Shown piece by piece: positions 10,221 through 21,134 of a stretch of 45,255 nt of DNA. A program made the position numbers and the translations under genes. Below the pieces are notes generated by a model. That model worked only from the letters and a program-made list of their open reading frames with translations, ran no database searches and was not told the origin of the DNA. Positions within the stretch are counted from its first letter, which is position 1, and every line of letters begins with the position of its first letter. Source of the DNA: Octopus bimaculoides (taxonomy: Eukaryota); NCBI RefSeq assembly GCF_001194135.2, contig NC_068983.1, forward strand, positions 36,182,108 to 36,227,362, in the 5' to 3' direction.

Positions 10221-10365
10221 GAAAGTGGATGATACCTGTGGAAGAGGATGACCCAAGAAGACATGGAACGAAGTGGTAAGGAGTGATCTCAGAAATGAGG
10301 AAATGACAATGGACCGAAATGTCTGGTGATATGAAGTTCTTGAGAAGACCTGCCCACATCAGCGA
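10221..10365 (+). mobile_element. RTE-clade LINE 3' end remnant
   Basis: KVDDTCGRG*PKKTWNEVVRSDLRNEEMTMDRNVW*YEVLEKT, matching the RTE C-terminal GRGRPRKTW.EVV..DL...DR..W motif. Confidence 0.65.
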
Positions 10366-10730
10366 AACAGTTCTAGAAGTGCTGTGTGTCCCACCTACAC
10401 TTGACAAGAAAACTTCTCACACACTCTACCACAACAAACCAAACTATGTCTTTGCATCTTTTCTCTTCCTCACATTTCCACTTCATGTACTATGATTACC
10501 TCCCACTCCCCAATCCTGTCCTCTTGGCCCTGTGCCACTGTATCATTGTTCTCTATTATTGCTATCTGCTATCCCCCAACCTGGGTATTCCACCTACATG
10601 TAACAAGAAAACTTTTCCCTCACCCTACTCCAACAAACCAATCTACATCTCTGTAGTGTAATATTTGTGGACAATGGAAAGATCACCATTTGTCTGAAGT
10701 GTTTGGAGGCACTTTTGTTCTTGAGATCTT

Positions 10731-11433
10731 TTATCTTTTACTTGTTTCAGTCATTAGACTGTGGCTGGGGCATTGCCTTGAAGCATTTTCAGTTAAATGA
10801 ATCAACCCCAGTGTTCATTTTTTTTTAAAGCCTAGTACCTATTCTATCAGTATCTTTTGCTGAACTGCTGCATTACAGGGATGTAAACACACCTACAGCC
10901 AGTGTCGGACTGGCCAAGTTGCCAGCTTGCCCAATGGTAAGTGGGCCCCATCATTATTAGAATCCATATATGGGGGCCCATCCTCTCAAGTTTTTATTCA
11001 CTCCTGGAAGAATGCATTAATTATTTCAGCCTGGCTGTGTTTGTAGACAGTTGAAAAGAAGACTTTTAACAAAACAAAAAAAATTAAATGATAGCATTGT
11101 AGTTGTGGGTGGGTCCCCTTAGTCTTTTGGCAACCAATATTTTTAGACCCAGTCTGCCACTGCCTACAGCGGTTGTCAAGTAGTGGAGGGGGAACAAACA
11201 GAAACAAAGACATACACACATAGATATGTACATACACACATAGAGAGATAGATACATACATACATACATATATGAAGGACTTCTTTCAATTTCCTTCTAC
11301 CAAATCTACTCAGAAGGGTTTGGTCATCCCAAGGCTATAGTAGAAGATATTTGCCCATGGTGCCATGCTGTGACTCTGAACCTGGAACCATGTGGTTGGG
11401 TAGCAAGCTTCTTACCACACAACCACACCTGTG
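10731..11433 (-). mobile_element. SINE family B copy interrupted by a hAT MITE
   Basis: Reverse-complement match to 7616-8077 on both sides of the 10900-11162 insertion. Confidence 0.82.
10900..11162. mobile_element. hAT-type MITE (263 bp) with 8-bp TSD
   Basis: TIRs CAGTGTCGGACTGG / CCAGTCTGCCACTG (12/14). Perfect TSD CCTACAGC at 10892-10899 and 11163-11170. Confidence 0.88.
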
Positions 11434-12709
11434 TATATTTAAGATGGTAGATCTAAAAGGATGAATGGGATGGATATAGAATTAGAGGAGACTTATTGAG
11501 TGCAGTGTAGAGTTGGCTGCAAAACAGACGTTCAGTTGGAAGAGATTCTCTGTGGAGATACAGCTCACGGAACCCTAATTGTTGTGAAGTGAAGGGAAAG
11601 AAAATTTTGCAAAGTTGATGGAAATCCTTTTGGTAAGGGACAAAAATGACTGGCTGCCATTTGGAAGGCAGGATAGCTTGAGTGTTTTATGATGCATGAT
11701 GCCATTTTTTGTGGTTTAGATAGTGGCTTTGCAGCAATGTTGTGAAAATGTGACCCAGTGTTGTAGGTGGGTGAGTTTTGCCAGGTATTGTATGCTTTTT
11801 TGTCTGAACAACTCCAGCAAAACTATGAGTGACTCAATTGTGGGTATTTTGGGCCATTTCATTTTTGATGCGTGCATGATGTAGAGATATATGCATAAAA
11901 GGATAATTGCAGTCACCTGCTTAGCTGTTTCTGAAGAACCAAGTGAAGTATGTATGCTGCTAAGGGTAGTTGATGTAAAACTGTTGAAGCTGCAACCAGG
12001 CTATAAGGTGCCGCACATAGTGAGTGCTAAATAGTATGTTGATATATTTGGCTAGTTGTAATGAAATTGTGGTCACATGACCTGATAGATATAGAGACAG
12101 TTACAGTTTGTTATAGAGTTGGTTTGGAGATGGGAAAGAGGTGTTTCTCAATGGTGTTTAGGGTATCTCACTGTCAATCTGAGATACATATAGGGGATGA
12201 GGCAAGTTGGAGAAGAGTTGATTGCAAAAAAATTTGGTTTCTGCGCTGGTAGTATTGATATGAGATGAGTGAGAGAGGGGTTATTATATTAAAAGGAATT
12301 TTAAGGATAAAAAGAGAATATTTACTAATAGTAGAGTCAAATATATTATAAAAGCTAATTTCATAACCTGCGCGTGCACATACATAACACTTACACACAC
12401 ACTCGTGCAGTTGTGTGTAAGTTATGCGGGCACACACATCTTCATTAATATATTTAGTCTCACTGAGAAAGTAGGCCCCATGTTTAATTCACAGGGTTTG
12501 TTTTTACACTGAGTTGAAATATGTATCTTTATGAAACATATTTACGTGACTCGTCAAGCATAATTTATTCATAGCCCAAACTGTATGAGTACTCTAGCTT
12601 ATTACCAGGAAAAGTTGGTTCCAAGATAATAGCCATATGTACTTGTATCGCAAATTAATTTACAAAATCGTTGAGTCGTTTATATTCCAATGCTATCTCT
12701 TTATTTCAG

Positions 12710-12847
12710 GAATGGATGATCACTTTGAAACGTAAGAAGAAATCTTTCTCATGTACTGTTTATCGTCCAAGCGGTTCATCGTACTTGTTCTTTCAAGAGT
12801 TCAACCTTCAAATCCAAGGGGCACAAATCCAGGAAGCCAATGCTTTT
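12710..12847 (+). CDS. MYDGF: MYDGF exon 3
   Basis: Acceptor ctctttatttcag and donor gtaagt. 138 nt, phase 0-0, EWMITLKRKKKSFSCTVYRPSGSSYLFFQEFNLQIQGAQIQEANAF, matching human QWQMSL..FTCTIWRPQGKSYLYFTQFKAEVRGAEIEYAMAY. Confidence 0.96.
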
Positions 12848-13303
12848 GTAAGTTGTCTTTTCCTGTTTTAATTTATTGAATGATTTCTTCTCGATTTATC
12901 TTTTTTTCTATTCTATCACCCACAATCCAAATAACTTGGGTAACTTTAAAAATAAATAACACAAAAGCCACCACAAAATGGTCTGAATTTTTGCTTAGTA
13001 ATGATATCATTGATGAAAATATTTTGGTTTTGTTGGCTTCAATCGTTTTGGCAATATCAGAGTGGACACCAAAGTAATCTGCTAAGCAAACAAGTGAGAT
13101 ATAAAAAAACAGAGGCATCTAATTATTTGATGGTTAGATATATAGGATGGAGGAATGATAGTAATGGGGCAAAATTCTTAATAGGTTTAATTACACCGGC
13201 AATCTCCAAACTATTATAATAACTATAATTATCATAACATTAAATAACTTCTATGCAGACTTAGTGTTTCTAATATATTTTGTTTCATTTTCTTTTATAC
13301 TAG

Positions 13304-13361
13304 GGCAATAGCAACGCTCTCAGTGCTGATGAATATAAAATTGACAAATCACAAAATTCTG
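13304..13361 (+). CDS. MYDGF: MYDGF exon 4
   Basis: Acceptor tttcattttcttttatactag and donor gtaaga. 58 nt, phase 0-1, GNSNALSADEYKIDKSQNS+G. It keeps the frame into exon 5 and aligns with the human VPLKTEEFEVTKT region. Confidence 0.88.
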
Positions 13362-13702
13362 GTAAGATTTTGAAGTTGTAATCTTAAAAATTAAAACATG
13401 TTACTTATAGGTTGAAAGTGTTGACCTTCTAACTGAAAGATTGTGTATGTAAACCTTGTTGTTACTATTGTAATGTGTGTATTTGATGACGAAGATTGGT
13501 AGTTTTTTCTATGTTATTCTCTGTTATTCTGTATTACTGGATGACAAAGGAACATGACAAATGTTGAGACACAATGAAACCATGTAACTCTTGTCAGTGT
13601 AGTAAACAGATGTTAGATGATGATGCGTGAGAGATGAGAGGATGAATAAGTGGAAAGATGCATGACCCTATTTATTTCAATCATTTTTGCTGGAATATAT
13701 AA

Positions 13703-14230
13703 ATGCTGTGTGGTTAAGAAGCCAGTTTAGCAGTCATGTGGTTTTGGGTTCAGTCCCCTGTGTATCACTTTGGGCAAGGATCTACTTCTATAGGCCCAGA
13801 TTAACTAACGCTTTGTGAGTGAATTTAGTAGATGGAAACTGTGTGGAAAGCCTCATTTATATATATCTGTGTGTGTGTGTGTGTGCGTGCGTGTATGTTT
13901 GCCCTCCATCCCCACCGCTTAACAGTTGGCTTCGGTATTTTTATGTCCCCTGTAGCTTAGAGGTTCAATGGAGACAATATTAAACTTACAAGAAAATAGT
14001 ACTGGGGTTAAGGTTATTTGCCAACGGAACACGGCAATCCTGGTTTGGGACTGCCATGTTATGTTGGCAAGTAGGCTTTACTCTAGCGTACTGTTGCTGA
14101 ATATCTCTCGTTGAGAGAATTACAAATAGTAATTTTCTATTTAAGTAGTACTGGGTTTGATTTGTTTGACTAAACCCAGCAAAGTGGTGCCCCAGCATGG
14201 CTACAGTCCAATGATAGAGACAAAGTAATG
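13703..14230 (+). mobile_element. SINE family B copy with duplicated 3' part
   Basis: gggttcagtcccctg..tttgggcaagg..gatggaaactgtg. The tail segment agtactggg..cccagcatggct appears twice. Confidence 0.7.
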
Positions 14231-14461
14231 ATAGACCCTTGAAGTGTGGAGGGAAGGGGATATGTTAGCACCGGTAAAATACATACATTATTCAAGAATT
14301 AAATCAAATTCATAAATTTACAAAAAAAAATAGCTACAATATTTACACGAGAAGAAAAATATACATGCTAAATACATCTAGCACAATTTATTAAAACTGT
14401 GACTTCATTTCACTCCATTGCTATTCTGAACTTCCTTTTTCCATTTGTCATGGCAGTTGCA

Positions 14462-14915
14462 TTGAAATATTAGTTCTGAAGGGTTTTCAATTTCCGTCCA
14501 TTTAGTATTAGTCAGTTGGTATGATCTGATGAAACATACTGTTTATAACATGTTTATAGCATCTGCTTAAGACATTCCTTGTGTAGCCTTTTGAGATGCT
14601 GAACAAAAGACAAAAGGTAATGTTCAAATATAGACACAAAGAGAAAGATCTTCTGAAGTACTTTCAGCCAGAAATTGCATTTCTTTGAAATATTACTTTT
14701 GAAGGGTTTTAAATTATTGTTCATTCAGTATTAGTCAGTTGGTGTGGTATGATGAAGGATACTGTTTATAACATATTATATCTGTTATAAGAAATATTTC
14801 TTGTGTAGCCTCTTGAAGACAAGAGGTAGTACTGAAATACAGACTCAAAGAGAAGTATCAGTGCTGAAATATAGACTCAAAGAGAAGTATCTTCTAAAGT
14901 ACTTACAATCAAAAA
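14462..14915 (+). repeat. Tandem duplication with a ~223-bp period in MYDGF intron 4
   Basis: gaagggtttt..agtattagtcagttggt..atactgtttataacat..cttgtgtagcct..caaagaga..tcttct.aagtactt occurs at 14478 and again at 14701. Confidence 0.85.
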
Positions 14916-15626
14916 GCATATCATTTTTATTGTTATTAATTTCTGCAGAAAATGAACATGATTTTTCTCACCACCATGCAAAACTACATTAATGTAGAAA
15001 ATTTGAAAAAAATTGTGGTGGTGGAGAGAAATTTTAAAATAGCCATTCAATCTTACTGTATGGAACATTGCATGTATTCTACCATAGTCCTGAGTTGAAT
15101 AATGCTTTAGAAATGAAATTTTGGTTAATAGAAGTTATAAAAGCTTGCATACTGAAGTATACCGACAGTTTGAAAAAGAAAGCAGTGAACTTAGGCTTTT
15201 ATTTGTTTACAATTTGACCAGCTTTGAGTGTTTTACGAATCTTCTGAAACACTTGTTTTCATAACTGACAAAGGACACGGTAAGGGACAATAAATGCATC
15301 TGTACAGTAGCTTTAGTCTTTGTCTCCTATTTATGATATACACTTTAATTTATACTCATTTAGTAAGATACAAATATACACTATTAATATCCAGCACAAG
15401 CCACATACTCAAGCAAAAGAAGAGTCTACATATTTAAACAAATGAACCAATATATTCACCTGATTAATATTGAATTCACTTGTTTTTATTTTCCATTTAA
15501 TATTCTAATAATGCTTTATTATAATTTAAATGCACAAAGTCAGATGAAATGGGTTCAAATTCCATGGCCATTTTAGGTAATCAAACAGCTGTATCAGAAC
15601 TATAAAGCACATCAGAAAGCCTTTTT

Positions 15627-15885
15627 ACAATCTCTTTTACCGAACTGCTAAGCGACGGGGACTAACACACCAGCATTGGTTGTCAAGCAATGCTAGGGGG
15701 ACAAACACAGACACACAAACACACATATATATATATACATATATACGACAGGCTTCTTTCAGTTTCTGTCTTCCAATTCCACTCAGAAGGCTTTGGTCAG
15801 CCCGAGGCTAAAGTAGAAGACATTTGCCCAGGATGCCACATAGTGGGACTGAACCCAGAACCATGTGGTCGGTAAGCAAGCTATC
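15627..15885 (-). mobile_element. SINE family B copy (internally shortened)
   Basis: Reverse of the family B head and body (gtgggactgaacccagaaccatgtgg). Confidence 0.82.
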
Positions 15886-16146
15886 AACACATGCATGTGT
15901 GTATTGGCGAAGGACATATACATTTGTAAGTGTGAATAAATCAGTGCCTCTCACTTGTTCCCCTTGAAAATGCAGTGAACCTCTGAGTGGCTTACTGGAA
16001 ACCTATGTCACTATTTGTTCTCAAATGTATAATTTATAAGAATAAAAGTAACTTGTTACTTCCCTTTATTTTTATCATTTCTTCTAAAGCCGATTTAACT
16101 TGTTACCTCCCTTCATTTTTAATTCTCCTTTTCTGTGTTCTTTCAG

Positions 16147-16232
16147 TGTCACAAGTAGCAGGCAAATTCAAATCAGAACTTACAAAGCTAGAAGTCAAGG
16201 GTTCATTACAAAAGAAGAAAAAGGAATTATGA
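16147..16232 (+). CDS. MYDGF: MYDGF exon 5 (terminal coding exon, ends KKEL-stop)
   Basis: Acceptor ttttctgtgttctttcag, phase 1: (V)SQVAGKFKSELTKLEVKGSLQKKKKEL*, matching human VAHRPGAFKAELSKLVIVAKASRTEL. Total CDS is 471 nt = 156 aa + stop. Confidence 0.94.
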
Positions 16233-16391
16233 TTTTAAACGCATTAAGATTCCCTCATGTTCTAAATGGCATTCTTTGGGACTGCCTGTTATTGATCCTG
16301 TTTTCAAAACTCAGGAAACCTGTGTGTACGTTTGAGTTTGTATGTTTTATGTTTTCATGTATGTGTAATATGTTTATAATGTATGTTTATA

Positions 16392-16428
16392 AATAAAGAA
16401 TATATTTGAGGTTTTTTTTCTAAATAAA
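16392..16428 (+). terminator. Candidate MYDGF polyadenylation signals
   Basis: AATAAA at 16392-16397 and 16423-16428, 160-200 nt after the stop, with T-rich sequence downstream. Confidence 0.5.
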
Positions 16429-17859
16429 CATTTGAATAATAATTTTTAATTACTTTATTTTTAATTGGAAGTATGTGTTTCTTGAGTGAAAAACGTGGGC
16501 AGAACGTCCCACAGAATGACTGTTTCAAAAAGAAATGTTTCGGAATTAAATAAGATTTCTGAAGTCAGCAGTACCCAGCCTGCTGTCTTGCCAGTCCTTA
16601 GAGGGTTCGCAAAGTTTGTGCTGGAGATCTGTAAATTGAGTTCAAATTTTCTTAAGTAGACATATCTTTCATAAGCCAATGATTCATGGGAAATATCATT
16701 TATAAATAGAGTCCTTTATAGCAAAAAAAGTTAGGAGCCATTCTTTCACGTATAGACTAAGGCAACGCGAACTCTGTTAGTGAATGAGTGAGCCTCTATG
16801 TGGTCACTCGACCTGCTAGAAATAGCAGTCAAATCTTCCATAAATAACATTTTGCTATCTTAAAAAGGATACATCATCGTCATTTCACATCATGTTCCAT
16901 GCTGGAACGAGCAAGACGGTTTGATAATTCGATGGGTCCATCGTGCCCTAATTTCTGCTTGGTTTGTATGGGTTGATGCTTTCCTAAGGCCAACCACTTT
17001 ACAGTATGTACTGGGTGTATTTTTCATCCCACCGGCACTATGAGGCTATAAAACTTGAGGTTGGGATGGGGACGGCTTTATGCGATCAGGCTAGGGGTGA
17101 AAGAATGAGAGAAAGGACGCACAGTGTGGGGTGACCAGGCTCTTGTAGAGGAGTTACATAGCTACTCACATTTCGAGAAGAGACGGTAGATATAATTATT
17201 GGGAGCTGCAAATCCAGGTGGCTTCTCAAGGTACAAAGTGAATAGAAGTGAGTAGGGGATATAGATAGGAACCAGGGGTGTGGACAGGTGGTGGGGGTCT
17301 GTAAAAGTGGAGCAGAAGAGATGGTGGAATAGGAAGTGGGTAACAACTGTAAAGATTAGATAAGAAAGAACGACTATAATCATAATTTAGCCTGATTAGA
17401 GTTGACCTGCGATTATGCAACAATATATCCAACTAAAAGAATATTCTGAAATAAACTAGTATACACAAACTCAGACTATAGAAGGTAGGGATTATTGTTG
17501 TTGCTTAATCCCATGTAAACCCTGATCCAGATAATCTATGATGAAAGGATTTCCAATCATGATCACCCATACTGCTAGGATTTTAAAAGATGTTAAGGTG
17601 TGATTTAACTGAGATTTGGCTGCTATTTCTAGCAGCTTGAGAGACCATGTAGAAGCTTTTGTGTTGACCCAAGAAAAGGACTGCAATAAACGCTGGTTGT
17701 TCAGTTACAAGTTAGTCTTGATTGTGTAGTCATGTGATCAAAGACATTTCAACTATGACCATTCAGGGTACGAAGGACCACATTATCAACTGCAGACACT
17801 GAGAACAATGGAAAGGTGCATGCTGAAGCATTCAGATCACGATATCGGCATCTATTCTC

Positions 17860-18125
17860 TCTTTCTCTCTCTCTCTCTCTCTATATATATAGTGTGTACG
17901 TGCACGTGCACGTGTGTGTCCGTGTCTGTGCCTCTGTGTGTGTGTGTGTGTGTGTGCGTGCGTGTGTAAATGTGCGTGAGTGTGTGTGTATGTGTGCGTG
18001 CGTGCGTACGTGTGTGTATGTACGTGCGTGTGTGTTTGTGTGTGTGCGTGCATGTGTGTGTACGTGCATGTGTGTGTATGCATGTGTGTGCGTGCGTGCG
18101 TGCGTGTGTGTGTGTGCGTGCGTAT
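17860..18125. repeat. Compound (CT)n(AT)n(GT/GC)n microsatellite
   Basis: Directly visible. It is the source of six spurious ORFs. Confidence 0.95.
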
Positions 18126-18159
18126 GAAAATGGGGTCATGACCCCGAAATATTTATTTC

Positions 18160-18570
18160 TTTATTGCCCATGAGGGCTAAACATAGAGGAGACAAACAAG
18201 GACAGACAAAGGAATTAAGTCGATCACATCGACTCCAGTGCGTAACTGGTACTTATTTAATCGACTCCGAAAGGATGAAAGGCAAAGTCGACTTCGGCGG
18301 AATTTGAACTCAGAACGCAGCGGCAGACGAAATACCTATTTCTTTACTGCCCACAAGGGGCTACACACAGAGGGGACAAATAAGGACAGACAAACGGATT
18401 AAGTCGATTAGATCGACCCCAGTGCGTAACTGGTACTTAATTTATCGACCCCGAAAGGATGAAAGGCAAAGTCGACCTCGGCGGAATTTGAACTCAGAAC
18501 GCAGCGGCAGACGAAATACCGTTAAGCATTTCGCTCGGCGTGCTAACGTTTCTGCCAGCTCGCCACCTTA
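18160..18570 (-). mobile_element. Two tandem SINE family A copies (long-tail variant, little diverged)
   Basis: A near-identical body appears twice (ggatgaaaggcaaagtcgac..ggcggaatttgaactcagaacgcagcggcagacgaaatacc). The head gctcgccacctta is at about 18558-18570. Confidence 0.9.
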
Positions 18571-19416
18571 TAACCCAGAAATATTGAAGTCTACATTAAT
18601 TCATATATTTGTTTTCTTGGATTTGCCTTGAAATGTGTAACGGCAGAAATTAAATTGTAAACAATTATATGGTAAACAGTAAGATGGAATTGGTACACAG
18701 CAGGATGGAATGTCAGCGTTGTAATCAGTTTGTAAGGATTGGTTCTTCGTTGATTGCCTTTATGTAAAGATGAAAGAACAGTGATTGAAGTTGCGAAGAA
18801 AATATTTATTTACCGTTACATTGAATATAGCTTGCCTCGACGGGCAGGTGGTAAAATCCAAAAGCATGCGAAGCTAAAAGGTTAATTTCGGCCTGTATGT
18901 TCTTATTGTAGTAGTAAACCATAGAGAGAGATATGGTAACGTGCAGAGAAGAGAAAGTAAGAGAGTGTGGACGAAACAACTGCTTCGTTGGTGAGTTACC
19001 ATAGTTGTCATTTTTGTGCCCTTATCTTTAGAGACGGCATTTTGTTCAGCCGGTCAGCCAAACTGCGTTCTCACCAACTGAGTTGTCACCAAGTGACTAA
19101 CTGATTTTTGCTTGGGGGTTCTTGTTTTTATAACTATCCAGAAGGATAGACATATCATTGAGAACAATAGATTTAGTTGGTGGTACTTGTTATCTTAATT
19201 CTAGATTTTGGTGAAATAGAAGAGGTTAGAAAGGGTCAAGTGGTGAAGACATTATTTCCGCCTAGCTAAGGCAATCTGGCAAATGTAAAACTGCTGTCAC
19301 TGAAAAACCATTGTTCCACAGTGAGAAAATTTCTGTTGAAGTGCTAATTCAAATTTAGCTATGGTGGATCGAACCCTCGTTATGCCTGCAAGACCCACTA
19401 CATACATATATATATG

Positions 19417-19464
<48 letters not shown>

Positions 19465-19819
19465 GAGAGTAACAGGGAGCGTAAAAGGAAAGGGTTCACG
19501 TTTACAAGGAAACATGATTTCTTGTTCCCTTGTGATTTATTTAATGTCTTATTAAGCTCTGTACTCGACTAACATTTTTTTTTCCTTTCTTCTGAAGCAG
19601 ATGAATATTGAGTTCTAACATCAGGTTGTTAGTGTCGGTGGACGAACGGTGAATTCAGGAAACAAATACATGGACGTTCATTGTGAATATATTATTTTGA
19701 CGCTCGGTGAAAGTTTTCGGCTGGAAAATTAAGAGTAAAAATACAAATATGATTTTTGAGCATAACCCTTCGTCTGATAGTGGGAGAAAGACTTTTGTCA
19801 ATGTTATGATTCTTTCCTT

Positions 19820-20763
19820 TTGACATTTGATAGCCGTTACTTTTAGCTTATTTAGAAGCAAATTGCGCGTAATTTTGTTTACAGCTCTTAGTTAAGTGTC
19901 AATTTTAACATGGAATGCAAAAACGAACATTTTCGCCATATTTTGCTTTTTTATTTCCATAAAGGCAAGAAAGTTACTGAAGCTAACAAAGAGATATGTA
20001 AAGTCTATAGTGTTGATTGCTTAACAGAATGCACGTGTCAGAAATGGTTTAAAAAACTCCGTTCTGGAGATTTTTCACTCAAAGACGACCAGCGTTCTGG
20101 TCAACTTACTGAAGTTGATGATGACCGAATCAAAGCCATAACTGAATCTGAGAGATTGCAGAGAGGTTAAATGTATCACACACATCAATTGAAAATCGCT
20201 TAAAATGTCTTGGACTCGTTAAGAAGCTCGATAATTGGGTTCCACATAGATTGCAAGAGATTCACTTAACATAGCGAATCAATATTTGCGATATGCATCT
20301 CAAACGCAAAGAAATCGACTGGAGGAAGCAAAAAAAAAAAAAAACCCACTAGAATTGGCAAATCGTAAAGGAATCGTGCTCCACCATGACAACGCTAGAC
20401 CACATACGTCTTTGCTAACTCGTGAAAAATGATTGGAGCTTGGTTGGGAAGTGATGTCACACCCACCATATAGCCCTGACCTTGCACCATCAGATTACCA
20501 TTTATTTCGAAGTTTGCGAAATTCTTTGAATGCTAAAACTTTCAATAAGGAGGATGACCTGAAATCGCACTTGCTTCAGTTTTTGGCTGATAAGGACCTG
20601 AAGTTCCATGAGCGCGGAATCATGAAGTTGCCAGAAAGATGGCAAAAGGTCATCGAACAAAATGGAAAATATATAATTGATTAAAGTTCATTCTTTGCAT
20701 GAAAAAAGAAATGACCTTTATTTCACACTAAAAAATCGAAATTACTTTCTTGCCAACGCAATA
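19820..20763 (+). mobile_element. mariner transposon (mellifera-subfamily-like), internally deleted, pseudogenised transposase
   Basis: MECKNEHFRHILLFYF (19910), WVPH, HHDNARPHTS, HPPYSPDLAPSDYHLF and LPERWQKVIEQNG. Right TIR aaaatcgaaattactttcttgccaacgcaa (20732-20761) followed by TA. The GDEKW segment is deleted, there are stops and frameshifts, and the left TIR was not found. Confidence 0.93.
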
Positions 20764-21134
20764 CAATGAAAAATAACACGCGTTTGAACGGAAATTCATG
20801 CATAACCAATAAACATATTTAAATATACTACATTAATAAAAGTTAGGTTTACATAAACGTGTTTGCGAACGTCCATGTTTGTACAAGTTAACTGAATAAT
20901 TCATGTGTTGTGTAAATGAGTGAATGAATGAAGCAGATAGCAAGATACTATACAGAAAACTTCAAGTTCACGCACAAATAAACTAGTCTTCATTAATAGC
21001 TAACTGTTTTTCTATGTATTCTACTTTTCTCCCATTTATTAACTGCTACCACTTGCAACCTGTAAAGTTACTCCCCAGACACTAAATTATATTTTTTCTC
21101 AAAATACGATGCCAAAATTAAATCTTAATCTGAA

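Noticed and set aside
16810-17640. Inverted family D cores downstream of MYDGF as a 3'UTR dsRNA
   Set aside because: They lie beyond the likely poly(A) signals and share only about 30 bp of good complementarity.
17816-18173. Many overlapping ORFs of HT/VC/YV repeats (also 24916-25366, 26643-27512, 29375-29675, 38270-38795)
   Set aside because: Translations of stop-free di-, tri- and tetranucleotide microsatellites; no coding signal.
18690-19350. Possible decayed LINE endonuclease region
   Set aside because: Only vague motif resemblance; cannot be supported without a search.
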